Shown here one piece after another: positions 38,001 through 46,287 of a stretch of 64,000 nucleotides of DNA. The DNA comes from Phycisphaerales bacterium (lineage in GTDB: Bacteria > Planctomycetota > Phycisphaerae > SM23-33 > FEN-1343), in NCBI GenBank assembly GCA_003171335.1, contig PMYD01000085.1:6739-70738 (forward strand). Direction: 5' to 3'. Numbering within the stretch: position 1 is the stretch's first letter; each line of letters starts with the position of its first letter. Made by a program: the position numbers and the translations under genes. A model generated the notes under the pieces. That model made no database searches, was not told where the DNA came from, and worked only from the letters and a program-made list of their open reading frames with translations.

Positions 38001-40026
38001 CAGTCCCATCGGCCTGATGACGCTGGGCGCCTGGGTCGGCCGCGGCAGCACGTTAACGGGCCAGTACATCACGCGCCTCAACGTCACCGGCCTGAGCAGC
38101 GTCAACAGCCTGCCGGCCAGCCTGGTCGGTGCAAACCACGACGCCATCGCCGCCGGCGCCATGGATACGGACCTGCTGATGATCGGTAAGGACGCCCTGG
38201 GCAATGCCATCGGCACGGCCACCGTCGCCGGCGACGCCCAGGGCACATGGGATGTCACGGGCACCACCGTCGGCAACATCAATTCGATTCGCCTGAACGG
38301 CCCGCAAAACAACTGGAGCCTCGAGGCCGCCGGCAGCCGGGTCAACAGCTTGTGGGTCCGGGGCGAATTCTTCCAGAATACGCTGAACGCCAAGTCGTTC
38401 AACCTGCTGACCCTCCAGGGGAATGTCGGCCTGTCGACCCTGACGGCCTGGCAGTTCACCACGGTGAATATCGGCGGCCAATTCGTGGATTCCAAGATCG
38501 AGGCCACCGGCCACACGCCGGATTCCACCGACAATACGGCCGTCGGCGGCGTCATCCGAAACCTGACGGTGAACGGCAACATGACCGGCGCGACCATCAC
38601 AGCCCAGCAAATGGGCACCGCGCTGATCACCGGCAACGTGAGTTACACCGCGTGGAGCGTGACGGGTCATACCGCCGCCACAACGACGGATGTCTCTGCC
38701 CCCGGGCTGATACTCGGCCTGACGGTGAAGGGCAACGTGACGGGAAGCACTGTCACGGCCCAGCAGATGGTTACCGCGCTGATCACCGGCAACCTGGATA
38801 CCACGACGTGGCAAGTGACCGGTCACACCGCCACGACGTCCGGCGATACCAACGCGGTTGGGCTGCTGGGCAGCCTGACCGTTAACGGGAATATCACCTC
38901 CAGCGCGCTGACGGCCGGCCACGACCCCAGCGCCACGGACACCACGGCCAGGTTAGGCGGGTTCGGCCGGATCGTGGTCAATGGGAATATCTCCTCCTCG
39001 ACGCTGGCGGCGGCCGGGAGCTCCCTGTTGAGCGATGACCGCCGGTATACCGGCTTGGCCTCCCTGATGGCCGGGCGCATCAGCGAGAGCAACATCAGCA
39101 TCGCCGGCGGCATCGGCAGCTTTAATGCCATCGACTGGTCCGACGCCGTCGCGCACGGCCACAGTCTGACGGCCGGCTGGGTCCGCAGCCTGATCGTTCA
39201 CGGCGGCACCGGTGCGGCCGGCAATTTGCAGCCGGATGTGAGCATTGCCGACTATCTCCAGTCGGCCTCGATTCGCGGGCAGCTCTCGTCGCTGATCTTG
39301 ATCAACGATACACTGCCGCCGCTGGTTGGCGATGCCCTGGGCTCGCTGGTGGCCGGCAGCATTCAGGATGCCAACATTGCGGTCGGCGGCACGGGCGGCA
39401 TCGGCAGCATCACCACCAGCCAGTGGCTGAAGACCGGCGTTGCAAACAACGTGAGCGCCACTTACCTCAAGAGCCTGGTCGCCTACCACGGCAACATGCA
39501 GGCCAATCTGTCGATCCACGACTACATCGGCACGCTCAGCGTTTCGGGCCTGCTCAAGGGCAGCGCCGTGCAGGCCCAGAACAGGATTTCTTCGGTCGTC
39601 GTGGGCGGGGCCGAGAATTCCAGCATCTTTGTCGGCTCGTTCACCGGCACCGACACGCTGGGGGCCGGCGGCACGCCGGATGGCGTGTTTGACCTGCCCA
39701 GCGTCAGCGATGTGTGGGCGGCCGAAACCCCCAGCACCGGTAGCCCCAATCCGGGCCAGGGCCACCTGCTGCGGCTGATTGTTACCGGCGCGGCCAAAGA
39801 TGGCGGGTACTCGTTCATCAACACGAATATTGCAGCCATCAAGATGGATAGCATCACCATCGTGCATCCCGACGAGTCGCCCAACGCGGTCGCCTTCGGC
39901 CTGGCGGGCGATACGATCTCCGCGCTGTCCATCACCGACAGCCACGGCCGGCACACCTGGCGGATGCTGCTTTCCTCCGGTCAGGCGCCGGCGCCGCTGG
40001 CCAAGCTGGAAGTGAGAGTTGCGTAG
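32071..40026 (+). CDS. Giant secreted repeat protein (2651 aa): multiple PPC-like (pre-peptidase C-terminal type) domains, three paired copies of an unassigned ~90-aa module, C-terminal beta-helix-like repeats
   Basis: N-terminus VESLEQRLFLTA. There are at least 8 occurrences of D(P/A)YEPN(D/N) or D(A/P)YGDN followed by ...DWY/DYY (PPC-like). GGTFTITVDGxTTAPIxYNAxxxxIQxAL modules occur at about 33210-33757, 34258-34800 and 35608-36155. The region 38500-39000 has VNGNMTGATITAQQMGTALITGN-type repeats. Confidence 0.85.
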   Translation: MMRNGHDGGRRPRNHKSLKAVSAVESLEQRLFLTAAPTDPYEPNDTAATATNLTNLAGNWLSDMQGRAIASSNDVDWYTIEVGSQAGDPARHVHLYFRSPTAGGRLQVTVYDSTGLNAINNATVQVPVDTSPTSRNASIDLGILQPGTYAVKVVNGGGASAAALSYDMKWDAVIPADDPYEPNNNQAQAYNLDGSAGKWLSQFQGQGRQYDEDWYQFYVPAGYTRVALDLLFKNADGDLRLGLFDSSGVSVASADTLNDGEHLVSVVAAPGWYDAVVSGPDLGTAYDLRWTALPTSDPYGDISTAAKAQDLTNAKGKPLTDVNGWAIVNGQDWYSIPITADTLHLSVQTTTLPGGVYEVDTLTPSTPVQDVWQLTAAATPASGGFFTLMVNGQMTPAIAYNAPAADIQTAINDALGANSVTAVDANGGLAAAGGGTCALSFAAALGPVAVTADVSALVGNSPALTEVTPGAAVAGGTFTITVDGVTTAPINYNATPDSIQQTLESLSILGPGDVTVTGGPANTAPVVMTFQPLLGVPNPTISIDASGLTGGGTISLTNVTQGACPPVHLTLYGSDGTTVAATSSDGSATSVDGNLEADLIIPGTYYVEVTGQTDEAYSLTWNSYAKADAYGDNDYQQTAYDLGSATSGSLSGLKGLGVLADSDYYVLHVASNRPNLYVESLFNGDQGNLNMALYAPDGTPLADPGANEIQTLASTAAGQKVVLTAGAPAATGGTFSITVGTQTASFNYNDTAATIQAGLAALSSVGTGEVTAVDGGGGLGLVGGTCTVSFDPSLGAVPISIDLSGLTGGADTQTITPNTAITGGTYTITVDGHTTAAIAYNADDAAIQTALEALPNIAQGDVTVTGGPLSSAAAALNFSGNLSFTKVNVSVDASAITGGPTITSTETTQGTVPLNQAQTTATGSRIYAQLPSSVLTAGKVYIAFTGGNGGNSYDLKWQSAGPDDAYEPNDTAAAAHDLSSSPATWLSALSGVGVQKNADWYSIPVSQARSHVYVTCGFDTNVGGITMDLLASDGTTPLASAAAVDNGSIISFNVTGASLTAGKVYVRITGSNAGNLYDLEWNSAAAQDAYGDNSTPPGAYDLGDATSGSLSAAAGQAILGTQGFYRLHVDSSHPTLLVDTMFDPNQGNLNVDLLDPNANEVETLAPAPAAEVVKLSTQSAATGGTYTLTVGGQTTSALAYNASAADIQAAMAALSTVGAGNVTATDDPTLGGLAAGGSCTLSFAAGLGALDVTGDFTGLTGTAPTLTEVTHGGVITGGNFTITVDGQTTAPIAYNAASQDIQAALNALSNITAGDVSVTGGPANSAAVVLTFGGKMGLRYVPVSVAIGQLTGGVITAAETHQGGQPLASGSRILMQLPPEVLTAGYCYLRVSPVQLNAQVTSQGIPYDLSWKTGVVGANGQDAFQGPNGIATSSNAYDLSAHKGQWLSDIAGLAILNNQEYFKLAVTAAQPRMLVQARFNASVDPNDFLLQIFAQDGTTELARGTTASGGMAAWAVMPPSVIKAGYCYVLVSSGAGDYMGAAYDLKWDGGVGADQYGANSGGTSVAENDTMQTAYPLPANPQGQWLSQITGKGPAMAIDSHYYRLTLTAGQPRVVVQTQAMAFLGAVTVWLYKSDGTLLAQSQPLPGGALLTTVVGADVMADGACYILITSQTISQTGNVVPKGILYDFSYQTMAADDGSTLNDSLQHARDISGQQDVNIPAISGNASGNDDWYSVTVPANSRLLDASVSDAANLAMTLSLYDNQGTLLESGGFFNGRSSVNDTMPAAGTYVLKAHMDQVGVPYTLHWDAQEAASQILVGAGGASSVKFADADGTNVTVTAAGGGAIVLSFLGGNIASTLSNGVATVTAQAGTLQLDTIDLSSATRQTHITITTDSHGDGRTAVNSIIGDAVVGSFYARTTDVVGQGVSMIANGCISQLTLGAMGTGTAMIMTGSGVTTGLVLNASLFSGNMIAVVGSPIGLMTLGAWVGRGSTLTGQYITRLNVTGLSSVNSLPASLVGANHDAIAAGAMDTDLLMIGKDALGNAIGTATVAGDAQGTWDVTGTTVGNINSIRLNGPQNNWSLEAAGSRVNSLWVRGEFFQNTLNAKSFNLLTLQGNVGLSTLTAWQFTTVNIGGQFVDSKIEATGHTPDSTDNTAVGGVIRNLTVNGNMTGATITAQQMGTALITGNVSYTAWSVTGHTAATTTDVSAPGLILGLTVKGNVTGSTVTAQQMVTALITGNLDTTTWQVTGHTATTSGDTNAVGLLGSLTVNGNITSSALTAGHDPSATDTTARLGGFGRIVVNGNISSSTLAAAGSSLLSDDRRYTGLASLMAGRISESNISIAGGIGSFNAIDWSDAVAHGHSLTAGWVRSLIVHGGTGAAGNLQPDVSIADYLQSASIRGQLSSLILINDTLPPLVGDALGSLVAGSIQDANIAVGGTGGIGSITTSQWLKTGVANNVSATYLKSLVAYHGNMQANLSIHDYIGTLSVSGLLKGSAVQAQNRISSVVVGGAENSSIFVGSFTGTDTLGAGGTPDGVFDLPSVSDVWAAETPSTGSPNPGQGHLLRLIVTGAAKDGGYSFINTNIAAIKMDSITIVHPDESPNAVAFGLAGDTISALSITDSHGRHTWRMLLSSGQAPAPLAKLEVRVA

Positions 40027-40145
40027 GGGATCCTGTGTCGCGACTGCCGCCGGGCTTGGCGTGTTTGCCAAAGGCCAGTCCCGGTGCCCGGGCAACCTCC
40101 ACATTTCGCCCGGGATTTTTCTTATGGGATTATTTCGGAAAAGGC

Positions 40146-40173
40146 TTGACATGATCGAAAAGTAGGATATGAT
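40146..40173 (+). promoter_or_regulatory. Near-consensus sigma70 promoter with no downstream protein gene
   Basis: TTGACA (40146-40151), a 16-nt spacer, then TATGAT (40168-40173). It sits inside a 560-bp gap between two convergent genes. Confidence 0.5.
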
Positions 40174-40585
40174 TACAAGCCACGGAGTATAGTACAGGAG
40201 CTGGGTGCGCGTTCCAGATGCATCTGTCTCCACCAGTGCGGGCTAGCCGCACTGCGTCGGCAGTTCTTGACAATTGAAGAGAGATTTCAGGCTCACCCCC
40301 GATTGCAGAGAAGCGCCGGGCAAGCCTTTCCTTAAGCAGGTCTGGCGGAGCTATTCTCAGTGGCTGCACTATTAGAGCTTTTGCGACAAGAGCTTATGTA
40401 ACTGTTAAAATGGGCAATAAGCATCTTATGCAATAGTGCATAATGCTTAAGAACCGTTGCTCAGGACTAATAAGCCGTTGCAATTAAAACACTTGCAATG
40501 AGAACCGGCTTAAGCAAACTGTGCTAACCGTGCATATTGTGCAGCTTCACAAGCTCCTTTACGGATGGGCCGCCTAAGCAATTTC

Positions 40586-42997
40586 TCAATAGCTGACGGC
40601 ATACAGCAGCAGCGCCATTCCCAGCCGCACGGAATCTTCCTCGGCGTATCCCCGGCAGGCAAAGGGCTTGTCGTGCTCCAGGCCGCAGGACCAGTCGTAG
40701 GGGCTATAGAGAATGACGGGCCGGCCGTGAACGGTGACCGCCAGGATCACCGGCCAATCCAGCGTGGGGCGGTCCAGGGCCTCGGCCAGGGCCGGGCGAA
40801 GGCGCACAGCGCCGATGGGCTCGGCAACCTGGCCGGAAAACAGCGGGTGATTGCTCGGCAGGGCGGTCAAATCCTTCGCGCCCTCCATTTTGCCCACCAA
40901 GGCGGTGGCCAACTGGCGGAAGCTGGCGTCAAAGGCCGGCTGGCCGCAGCACGCCTCGGCAATCAGCACGCCGCCGCGTGACAGATGCCTGGCCAGGTTG
41001 TCGATCTGCTTATCGCTGAGCGCGAAGCGGTAGTGTCCGGTCATGAACAGGACCGGGTGCTCGAAAATCGCCTCATCGCCCGGGTCCAGGGCCTCCTCGC
41101 GGCTGACAATGTCGATGGCGGCCGCGCGCGAGGCCAGTTCGGCCAGGTTCACCAGGCATTTGGGGTCCGCGTTGTAGTCGCCATCGTGGATCAGCCGGGC
41201 CACCTGCACCACGCCGCGCTGGGTGGCCGGGCGGCTCTGGCTGTTCTGATGCGCGGGGAAAAGCATCACACGGGTCAGCCGGTCGGCCAGGGGACCGCCC
41301 GCGGAGGCGTAGGCCGCCAGGTTGAGGCCGAAATCAAAGGCGAAGGCGGTCAACCCCTTGGGGGCGACCAGGTCGCGCTGTTCCCAAAGGCAGCTTACAT
41401 CGTTGGGCAGGAAGAACACGCTGGTGCGGCAGCCCACGTCGATGCCCATGATCCCGTGCGTGCGGTCCAGGTCCACGGCGGCATGGAAGATCGGGTGGTC
41501 CAGCGACAGCTCGCGCAGCGGATAATCCGCAAAGGCCTGCGCGGCAAAGGCGCGAAAGCCCTGCGCAAAGGCCGGCTTCGAGCAGCAGGCCTCGAAAACC
41601 AGGATGCCCCCGTTGTCCACGTAACGGCGGAATTTGGCCATCTCCTCCTCGCCGAAGCGAGGAAACTCGTGACCCTGCATATACAGGATCGGCCCGGCCA
41701 GCCAGTCTTCCACGCTGGCGGAAACAGGGACAGTCTGCCAGGAGAGGCTCTGGCGGCGCTTCTGGTTGATGTAGTCCACCAGGTGCGACACGTCGTAGTG
41801 ATCCGGGTTCCACTGCCCGTTCCACGCGAGTTTCTGGATGAGCACCGGCCGCAGGCCCTTGGCCAGAAACAGCAGACTGAAGCAGGTGCCCGGCAGGTCT
41901 TCCCAGTGCCCATCGCCCTGCTGCGTGTCGACCAGGAAACGGGCCCCCTCGCGATACCAGTCATGCGTGCCGATATATCGCAGGCCGCCGGTCATGCCCA
42001 CGCGCTCCAGGGCGTACAGGTAATAATGCAGCCACGTGCCGTGCTGGGGGTTGCTCTTGACGTCGAAATGGGCGGTCAGCCACTTCAGGCCGCCCAGCAC
42101 CTCGAGGTTTTCCGCGTAGCGGCCGCACTGGTACGCGGCGCCGTCCACGTAGCCTTTTTCGCGGCCCACGAAAATCTGTTCGCCCGTGATGAACAAGCTG
42201 GCGATGCCGGCACAGGTCATCGAGCCGTAGGCATTGCCTTTGGCCGGACCGGAGTTGTGGTACGTCCAGCCGCCGTCGGTGAGCTGGGTGTCGCGGAAAT
42301 GTTTCTGGCTGCGCAGCCAGACAGCCGGGTCGATGGGCACGCCGGCCTTGGCCGCCTCGTGCAGCCCCAGCAGGGCGAATTGGGTATTGCTGTTGTCCTG
42401 GCCGGCGACCGTGGGGGAGTAATTCCAGGTGCCGTTATCGAGCTGCTGGCGCATCAGGTACTGGGCGGCGACCGTGATCTCGGCGCGATAACCGTCCGGG
42501 TCGGCGGCGGCCAGCGCCATGCAGCGCAGAGCGGCCGTGTACGTGGCCTCGTTGGGGATGGTCCGCAGGTACGCCAGGCCGTTCTGGATCGGCGGGCTGT
42601 TTCGATCGACCCCGGCATTCAGCAAAGCCAGCAGCGACAACGCCGTCTGGCCGCCGCGCCATTGCGAACTGTCCGGCCAACTGCCATCGGCGTTCTGCCG
42701 TTTCTCGATAAGCGCCACCGCGCGCTGAATGGCGGCGGTGACCTGGGCGGTCGTGACGTCATTGGGGCCGGCGGGCTGTTGAGCAAGAGCCTGCCCTGAG
42801 GCAAATCCCCAATTCCAAATCCCAAATCCCAAACAAATCCCAAGCACCCAATTCCAAACGCCGCGCCGGCGGGCCTTTCTCAACTCACGGAAAGCGTTCC
42901 TGTCTGGGTTTTGGAATTTGGGATTTGGTGCTTGTTTGGAATTTGGGATTTGGGATTTGGAATTTCTTCCATCCAAAATGCCCCGGCTCCTTTTCAT
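40586..42997 (-). CDS. Secreted prenyltransferase/squalene-cyclase-like repeat protein with DUF4159 domains
   Basis: Repeats ADGSWPDSSQW, DNGTWNY, DGGWTYH and GDGHWED (alpha-alpha toroid QW-like). The C-terminal half has DUF4159-like segments ending LLYAVSY. The start is uncertain because the N-terminus overlaps a palindromic repeat. Confidence 0.75.
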   Translation of the reverse strand: MKRSRGILDGRNSKSQIPNSKQAPNPKFQNPDRNAFRELRKARRRGVWNWVLGICLGFGIWNWGFASGQALAQQPAGPNDVTTAQVTAAIQRAVALIEKRQNADGSWPDSSQWRGGQTALSLLALLNAGVDRNSPPIQNGLAYLRTIPNEATYTAALRCMALAAADPDGYRAEITVAAQYLMRQQLDNGTWNYSPTVAGQDNSNTQFALLGLHEAAKAGVPIDPAVWLRSQKHFRDTQLTDGGWTYHNSGPAKGNAYGSMTCAGIASLFITGEQIFVGREKGYVDGAAYQCGRYAENLEVLGGLKWLTAHFDVKSNPQHGTWLHYYLYALERVGMTGGLRYIGTHDWYREGARFLVDTQQGDGHWEDLPGTCFSLLFLAKGLRPVLIQKLAWNGQWNPDHYDVSHLVDYINQKRRQSLSWQTVPVSASVEDWLAGPILYMQGHEFPRFGEEEMAKFRRYVDNGGILVFEACCSKPAFAQGFRAFAAQAFADYPLRELSLDHPIFHAAVDLDRTHGIMGIDVGCRTSVFFLPNDVSCLWEQRDLVAPKGLTAFAFDFGLNLAAYASAGGPLADRLTRVMLFPAHQNSQSRPATQRGVVQVARLIHDGDYNADPKCLVNLAELASRAAAIDIVSREEALDPGDEAIFEHPVLFMTGHYRFALSDKQIDNLARHLSRGGVLIAEACCGQPAFDASFRQLATALVGKMEGAKDLTALPSNHPLFSGQVAEPIGAVRLRPALAEALDRPTLDWPVILAVTVHGRPVILYSPYDWSCGLEHDKPFACRGYAEEDSVRLGMALLLYAVSY
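42802..42965. repeat. Heptamer-repeat (AAATCCC/GGGATTT) palindrome
   Basis: caaatccccaattccaaatcccaaatcccaaacaaatcccaagcacccaattccaaac faces gggttttggaatttgggatttggtgcttgtttggaatttgggatttgggatttggaatttc. Confidence 0.85.
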
Positions 42998-43016
42998 GGA
43001 GTCTCGATTCTACTCG

Positions 43017-44645
43017 TTATTGCTCCAATCTCTCAACCGGACCGGAGAATTCCACCAGCGCCGGCTCTGTCAGCACCTCCTCCAACACCGCCACGGCCTG
43101 GCGGCCGGTTTGAATGATGGGGCGGATGGGCATGCCGGCATGGCTGGCAATGACCGGGCCGGTCCAGGGTCCTTCAATTCGGAAAACCGGCCGGTGCAGC
43201 GAATGCGACCCAACGGCCAGTTCAATGCGGCAGTGGCCGCCGATGGCGCGGGCCACGTAGCAGCCTTGCGCGGCGTCAAAGCCATCTGCTCCGACAGGCG
43301 AGCCGGCATCGGTGTCGGATGGCCGGTCGACAGTTCGCCCCAGAACGATTCTCGCCGCCGGCGGATGGGCGTAATCCGCCAGCAGGTCCGCCGTATCGCT
43401 GGCGGCGGGGCAGGTCAGCCAGGACCACGTGTCCATCTGGCCGTTCAGGCCCATCGCGTGCAGCTCGGCGCCAAGGGTGCCATCGGACCAGGCGGCCGGG
43501 AATGGGGCGATCAGCCGCACCTGCGACACATCGGGTCCACCGGGGTTCGATAGCCGCAGGCTGGTCACGCACCGACCATCGCCGTAGAACGTGTACTCCC
43601 AGCGGAGCTGCCGCACTTCCAACTGGCGCCACAGGCCCATTTCCGGCGGAAAATACCACGTGCTGGCCAGCCGCACACGTACCGGGTTGGCTTCCAGGAG
43701 CTGCATAGCCCCAGCGCGGCGCTGGCCCATCAGTTCAATCGATTCCGCCTGGCCCTCCAGGCGGGCGGCGGGCGTGCCCAGTTGGATGATCGTTCCGCCG
43801 CCGGCGCACCGCCACAGGCCGTCGCTGCCCTGCGCCAGGCGAATCGTCCGCCCCTGGCCAGTCAGCGTCAGTTCGTAATCGAGGCCGATTCGGCGAAGCA
43901 CCATCCCCGCCGGCGTGGGGGATATCGTCCGCGTGTTATCGATCAGCAGCAGGTCATCCAGCATGAACGACGCCGGCTGGCCGGGGCCGAAGGAGATCTC
44001 GACCTGCCGCACATCGCGAACATCCAGCGCACCGGTACGCTGAAGGTGGGCCACATCGACCATAACCGTGTTCCACCCGGCCGTCAGCAGCCTGTCGCAG
44101 GAGCGCCAGCGGCCGTTGGGGCCGACCAGGGTGATTGTCATGTCATCCCGCGGCTGGGACACGTAAACGGCGGCCGAGAGCAGCGTGTACAGGCTGAAAT
44201 CGCGCTGTGTGCCCGTGCGATACACCAGGCGGCCGCCGGCGGCCAGCTCGACGGCCAGCGCGCCGGCCCCGGTACGGGCGCGGGTCGTACTGATAGCGGC
44301 TCGGCCGCCGGCCCCTTGAATGGAAAAGGGTTCCGTCGGCCCCAGTGGTCCCGGCGGGGCCTCAAAATCGGCCAGGGTGATGAACCGTCCGCTGACCGCC
44401 TCCTCGTACGTCCGCCGCTGAAGCACGGACAGGGGAGGTGGGCCTTCCAGTGCGGCCGGGGCTGTCGTCACCGTCGCGGCCGGGGCGTGGGCCAGGACGG
44501 GACTGGCCGTGTGAGGCACGGTTGCAGGTGCGGCGGCAAGCGTTGCCACAGGGGCGGCCGATGAGCCCGGTGGCAGAGAACAGCCTGCCACGGCCAAGCC
44601 ACCCGCCACGGCCAGCGCGACTGCCAAGATCGCAACCTTCCGCAT
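43017..44645 (-). CDS. Hypothetical lipoprotein (542 aa), probably co-transcribed with 40586..42997
   Basis: MRKVAILAVALAVAGGLAVAGCSLPP. There is a 19-bp gap to the downstream gene. I recognise no domain. Confidence 0.65.
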   Translation of the reverse strand: MRKVAILAVALAVAGGLAVAGCSLPPGSSAAPVATLAAAPATVPHTASPVLAHAPAATVTTAPAALEGPPPLSVLQRRTYEEAVSGRFITLADFEAPPGPLGPTEPFSIQGAGGRAAISTTRARTGAGALAVELAAGGRLVYRTGTQRDFSLYTLLSAAVYVSQPRDDMTITLVGPNGRWRSCDRLLTAGWNTVMVDVAHLQRTGALDVRDVRQVEISFGPGQPASFMLDDLLLIDNTRTISPTPAGMVLRRIGLDYELTLTGQGRTIRLAQGSDGLWRCAGGGTIIQLGTPAARLEGQAESIELMGQRRAGAMQLLEANPVRVRLASTWYFPPEMGLWRQLEVRQLRWEYTFYGDGRCVTSLRLSNPGGPDVSQVRLIAPFPAAWSDGTLGAELHAMGLNGQMDTWSWLTCPAASDTADLLADYAHPPAARIVLGRTVDRPSDTDAGSPVGADGFDAAQGCYVARAIGGHCRIELAVGSHSLHRPVFRIEGPWTGPVIASHAGMPIRPIIQTGRQAVAVLEEVLTEPALVEFSGPVERLEQ

Positions 44646-45215
44646 GGCTCAAAGCATAGCGACCCAACGGGTTCGCGACCAGAAATGTTCCTTGCCTTGG
44701 CCGGCAAAAAAGATAATGAGAATCCTTGTCATTAGCCGTAGACGTCACCAATCGCAATTTGTATATTCTCTCTCCGCCAAAGCCGAAAAAACTGGCGCGC
44801 CGAGCGCCGGCCGCTGTAAAATGGCGACGTAGATTGCGCGTGATATATGGTGCGGCAGTCCCCCGGCGCCTCGTAGACCTAGACCTACGGGGATCCTCAA
44901 GGCGGATTCCCCTCCGCCCTGGACGCGAGTTCCCCCGCTCGCGAAATGCCGGGGGCTGCCCACCACCTTTTCCGCCGGCCTGCTTGAGGCCCGGGGCCGA
45001 AGCATCGAACGCAGGGCCATGGGCGGCAAGCCTGCTCGCCGATCCATGCCCACCCGCCCCGGTCGCGCATCAAACCTGGACCGGGATAAAATGAATGACG
45101 ATTGGCGGCCTAACCTTTCCATCTTTCGCGTGTCCGCCTACTGTTTTTTCGTGCGCATATTGACCGCGCGCTTTCCAGCCATTAGAGTTGCTTGACTTTC
45201 GATTGACAGGACCGG

Positions 45216-46286
45216 ATGGAACCACGACAAGGGAAAATCGATGTTCGCCGCCTGGCCGAACTGATCGGCGGCGAATTGGTGGGCGAGGGCTCGGCCGTGA
45301 TCACGGGCTTTGCCCCGCTGGAGACCGCGGGTGCAACCGAGGCGGCCTTCCTGGCCAACCCGCGCTATGCGCGGCACGTGGCGACCACGCAGGCCGCCGC
45401 CGTGATCGTCCCGGCGGACTACGACGGGCCGGCGGCGGTGCCGCTGATCCGCTGCAGCGACCCGTATTTCGGTTTTCGCCAGGCGATGGCGGCGCTGTAT
45501 GGCTTTCGGCCCCGGCCGTTCGTGGGCATCCACCGCTGGGCGTACATCGACCAGCGCACCACGTTGGGCGAAAATGTTTCCGTGGCCCAGTTTGTCACCA
45601 TCAGCGAAGGGGCCTCGGTGGGCGCGGGGACCATCCTGTACCCGGGCGTCTTTCTGGGCCCGCACGCGCGGATCGGGCGCGACTGCATCTTGCACCCCAA
45701 CGTGGTGGTATACGACCACTGCATTTTGGGCGACCGCGTGACCGTGCACTCCAACTCCGTAATTGGCCAGGACGGCTTCGGCTACGCCACGCATGAGGGC
45801 CGCCACCACAAGATTCCCCAGGCCGGCTACGTGGAGGTGGGCGACGATGTGGAGATCGGCGCTGCCTGCACGGTGGATCGGGCCGCCATCGGCGCCACGC
45901 GCATCGGCGCCGGCACGAAATTCTCCAACCAGGTGGCCATCGGGCACGGCGCCCAGGTGGGCCGCAACAACCTGCTGGTGGCCCAGGTGGGCATCGCCGG
46001 GTCCACGCGCACGGGCGATTATTGCGTCTTCGGCGGCCAGGCAGGCGTGGTCGGCCATGTGACGTTGGGCGATGGCGTGCAGGTGGCGGCCCAGGCGGGC
46101 GTCACCCACGATGTACCTTCCGGCACCCAGGTCCTCGGTTCGCCCGCCGATGAAATCGGCCAGGCCCGCCGGCAGATGGTCCTCATCCGCCGCCTGCCGG
46201 AAATCCGCCAGCGCCTGCTGGAGCTGGAGGAGGAACTGGCGGTGCTCAAGCGGCAGGCGGAGGGCACCACCCCGCGGGAGACCTAA
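45216..46286 (+). CDS. lpxD: UDP-3-O-acylglucosamine N-acyltransferase
   Basis: LAELIGGELVG...FLANPRYARHVATTQAAAVIVP, then left-handed beta-helix hexapeptide repeats (IGENVSV, IGRDCIL, IGDRVTV, IGAGTKF, VGRNNLL). Confidence 0.9.
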   Translation: MEPRQGKIDVRRLAELIGGELVGEGSAVITGFAPLETAGATEAAFLANPRYARHVATTQAAAVIVPADYDGPAAVPLIRCSDPYFGFRQAMAALYGFRPRPFVGIHRWAYIDQRTTLGENVSVAQFVTISEGASVGAGTILYPGVFLGPHARIGRDCILHPNVVVYDHCILGDRVTVHSNSVIGQDGFGYATHEGRHHKIPQAGYVEVGDDVEIGAACTVDRAAIGATRIGAGTKFSNQVAIGHGAQVGRNNLLVAQVGIAGSTRTGDYCVFGGQAGVVGHVTLGDGVQVAAQAGVTHDVPSGTQVLGSPADEIGQARRQMVLIRRLPEIRQRLLELEEELAVLKRQAEGTTPRET

Positions 46287-46287
46287 T

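Noticed and set aside
40130-40369. Minus-strand 79-aa ORF and a 19-aa plus-strand ORF (from ATG about 40219) in the convergent intergenic gap.
   Set aside because: Neither has a ribosome-binding site or codon bias, and the sequence is unremarkable. The region is better explained as non-coding (promoter plus structured RNA candidate).
46072-46287. The tracked LpxI ORF start at 46072, which overlaps lpxD by 215 nt.
   Set aside because: The overlapped part translates as Arg/Pro-rich noise, and the family-like sequence begins just after the lpxD stop. I used GTG 46288 instead.
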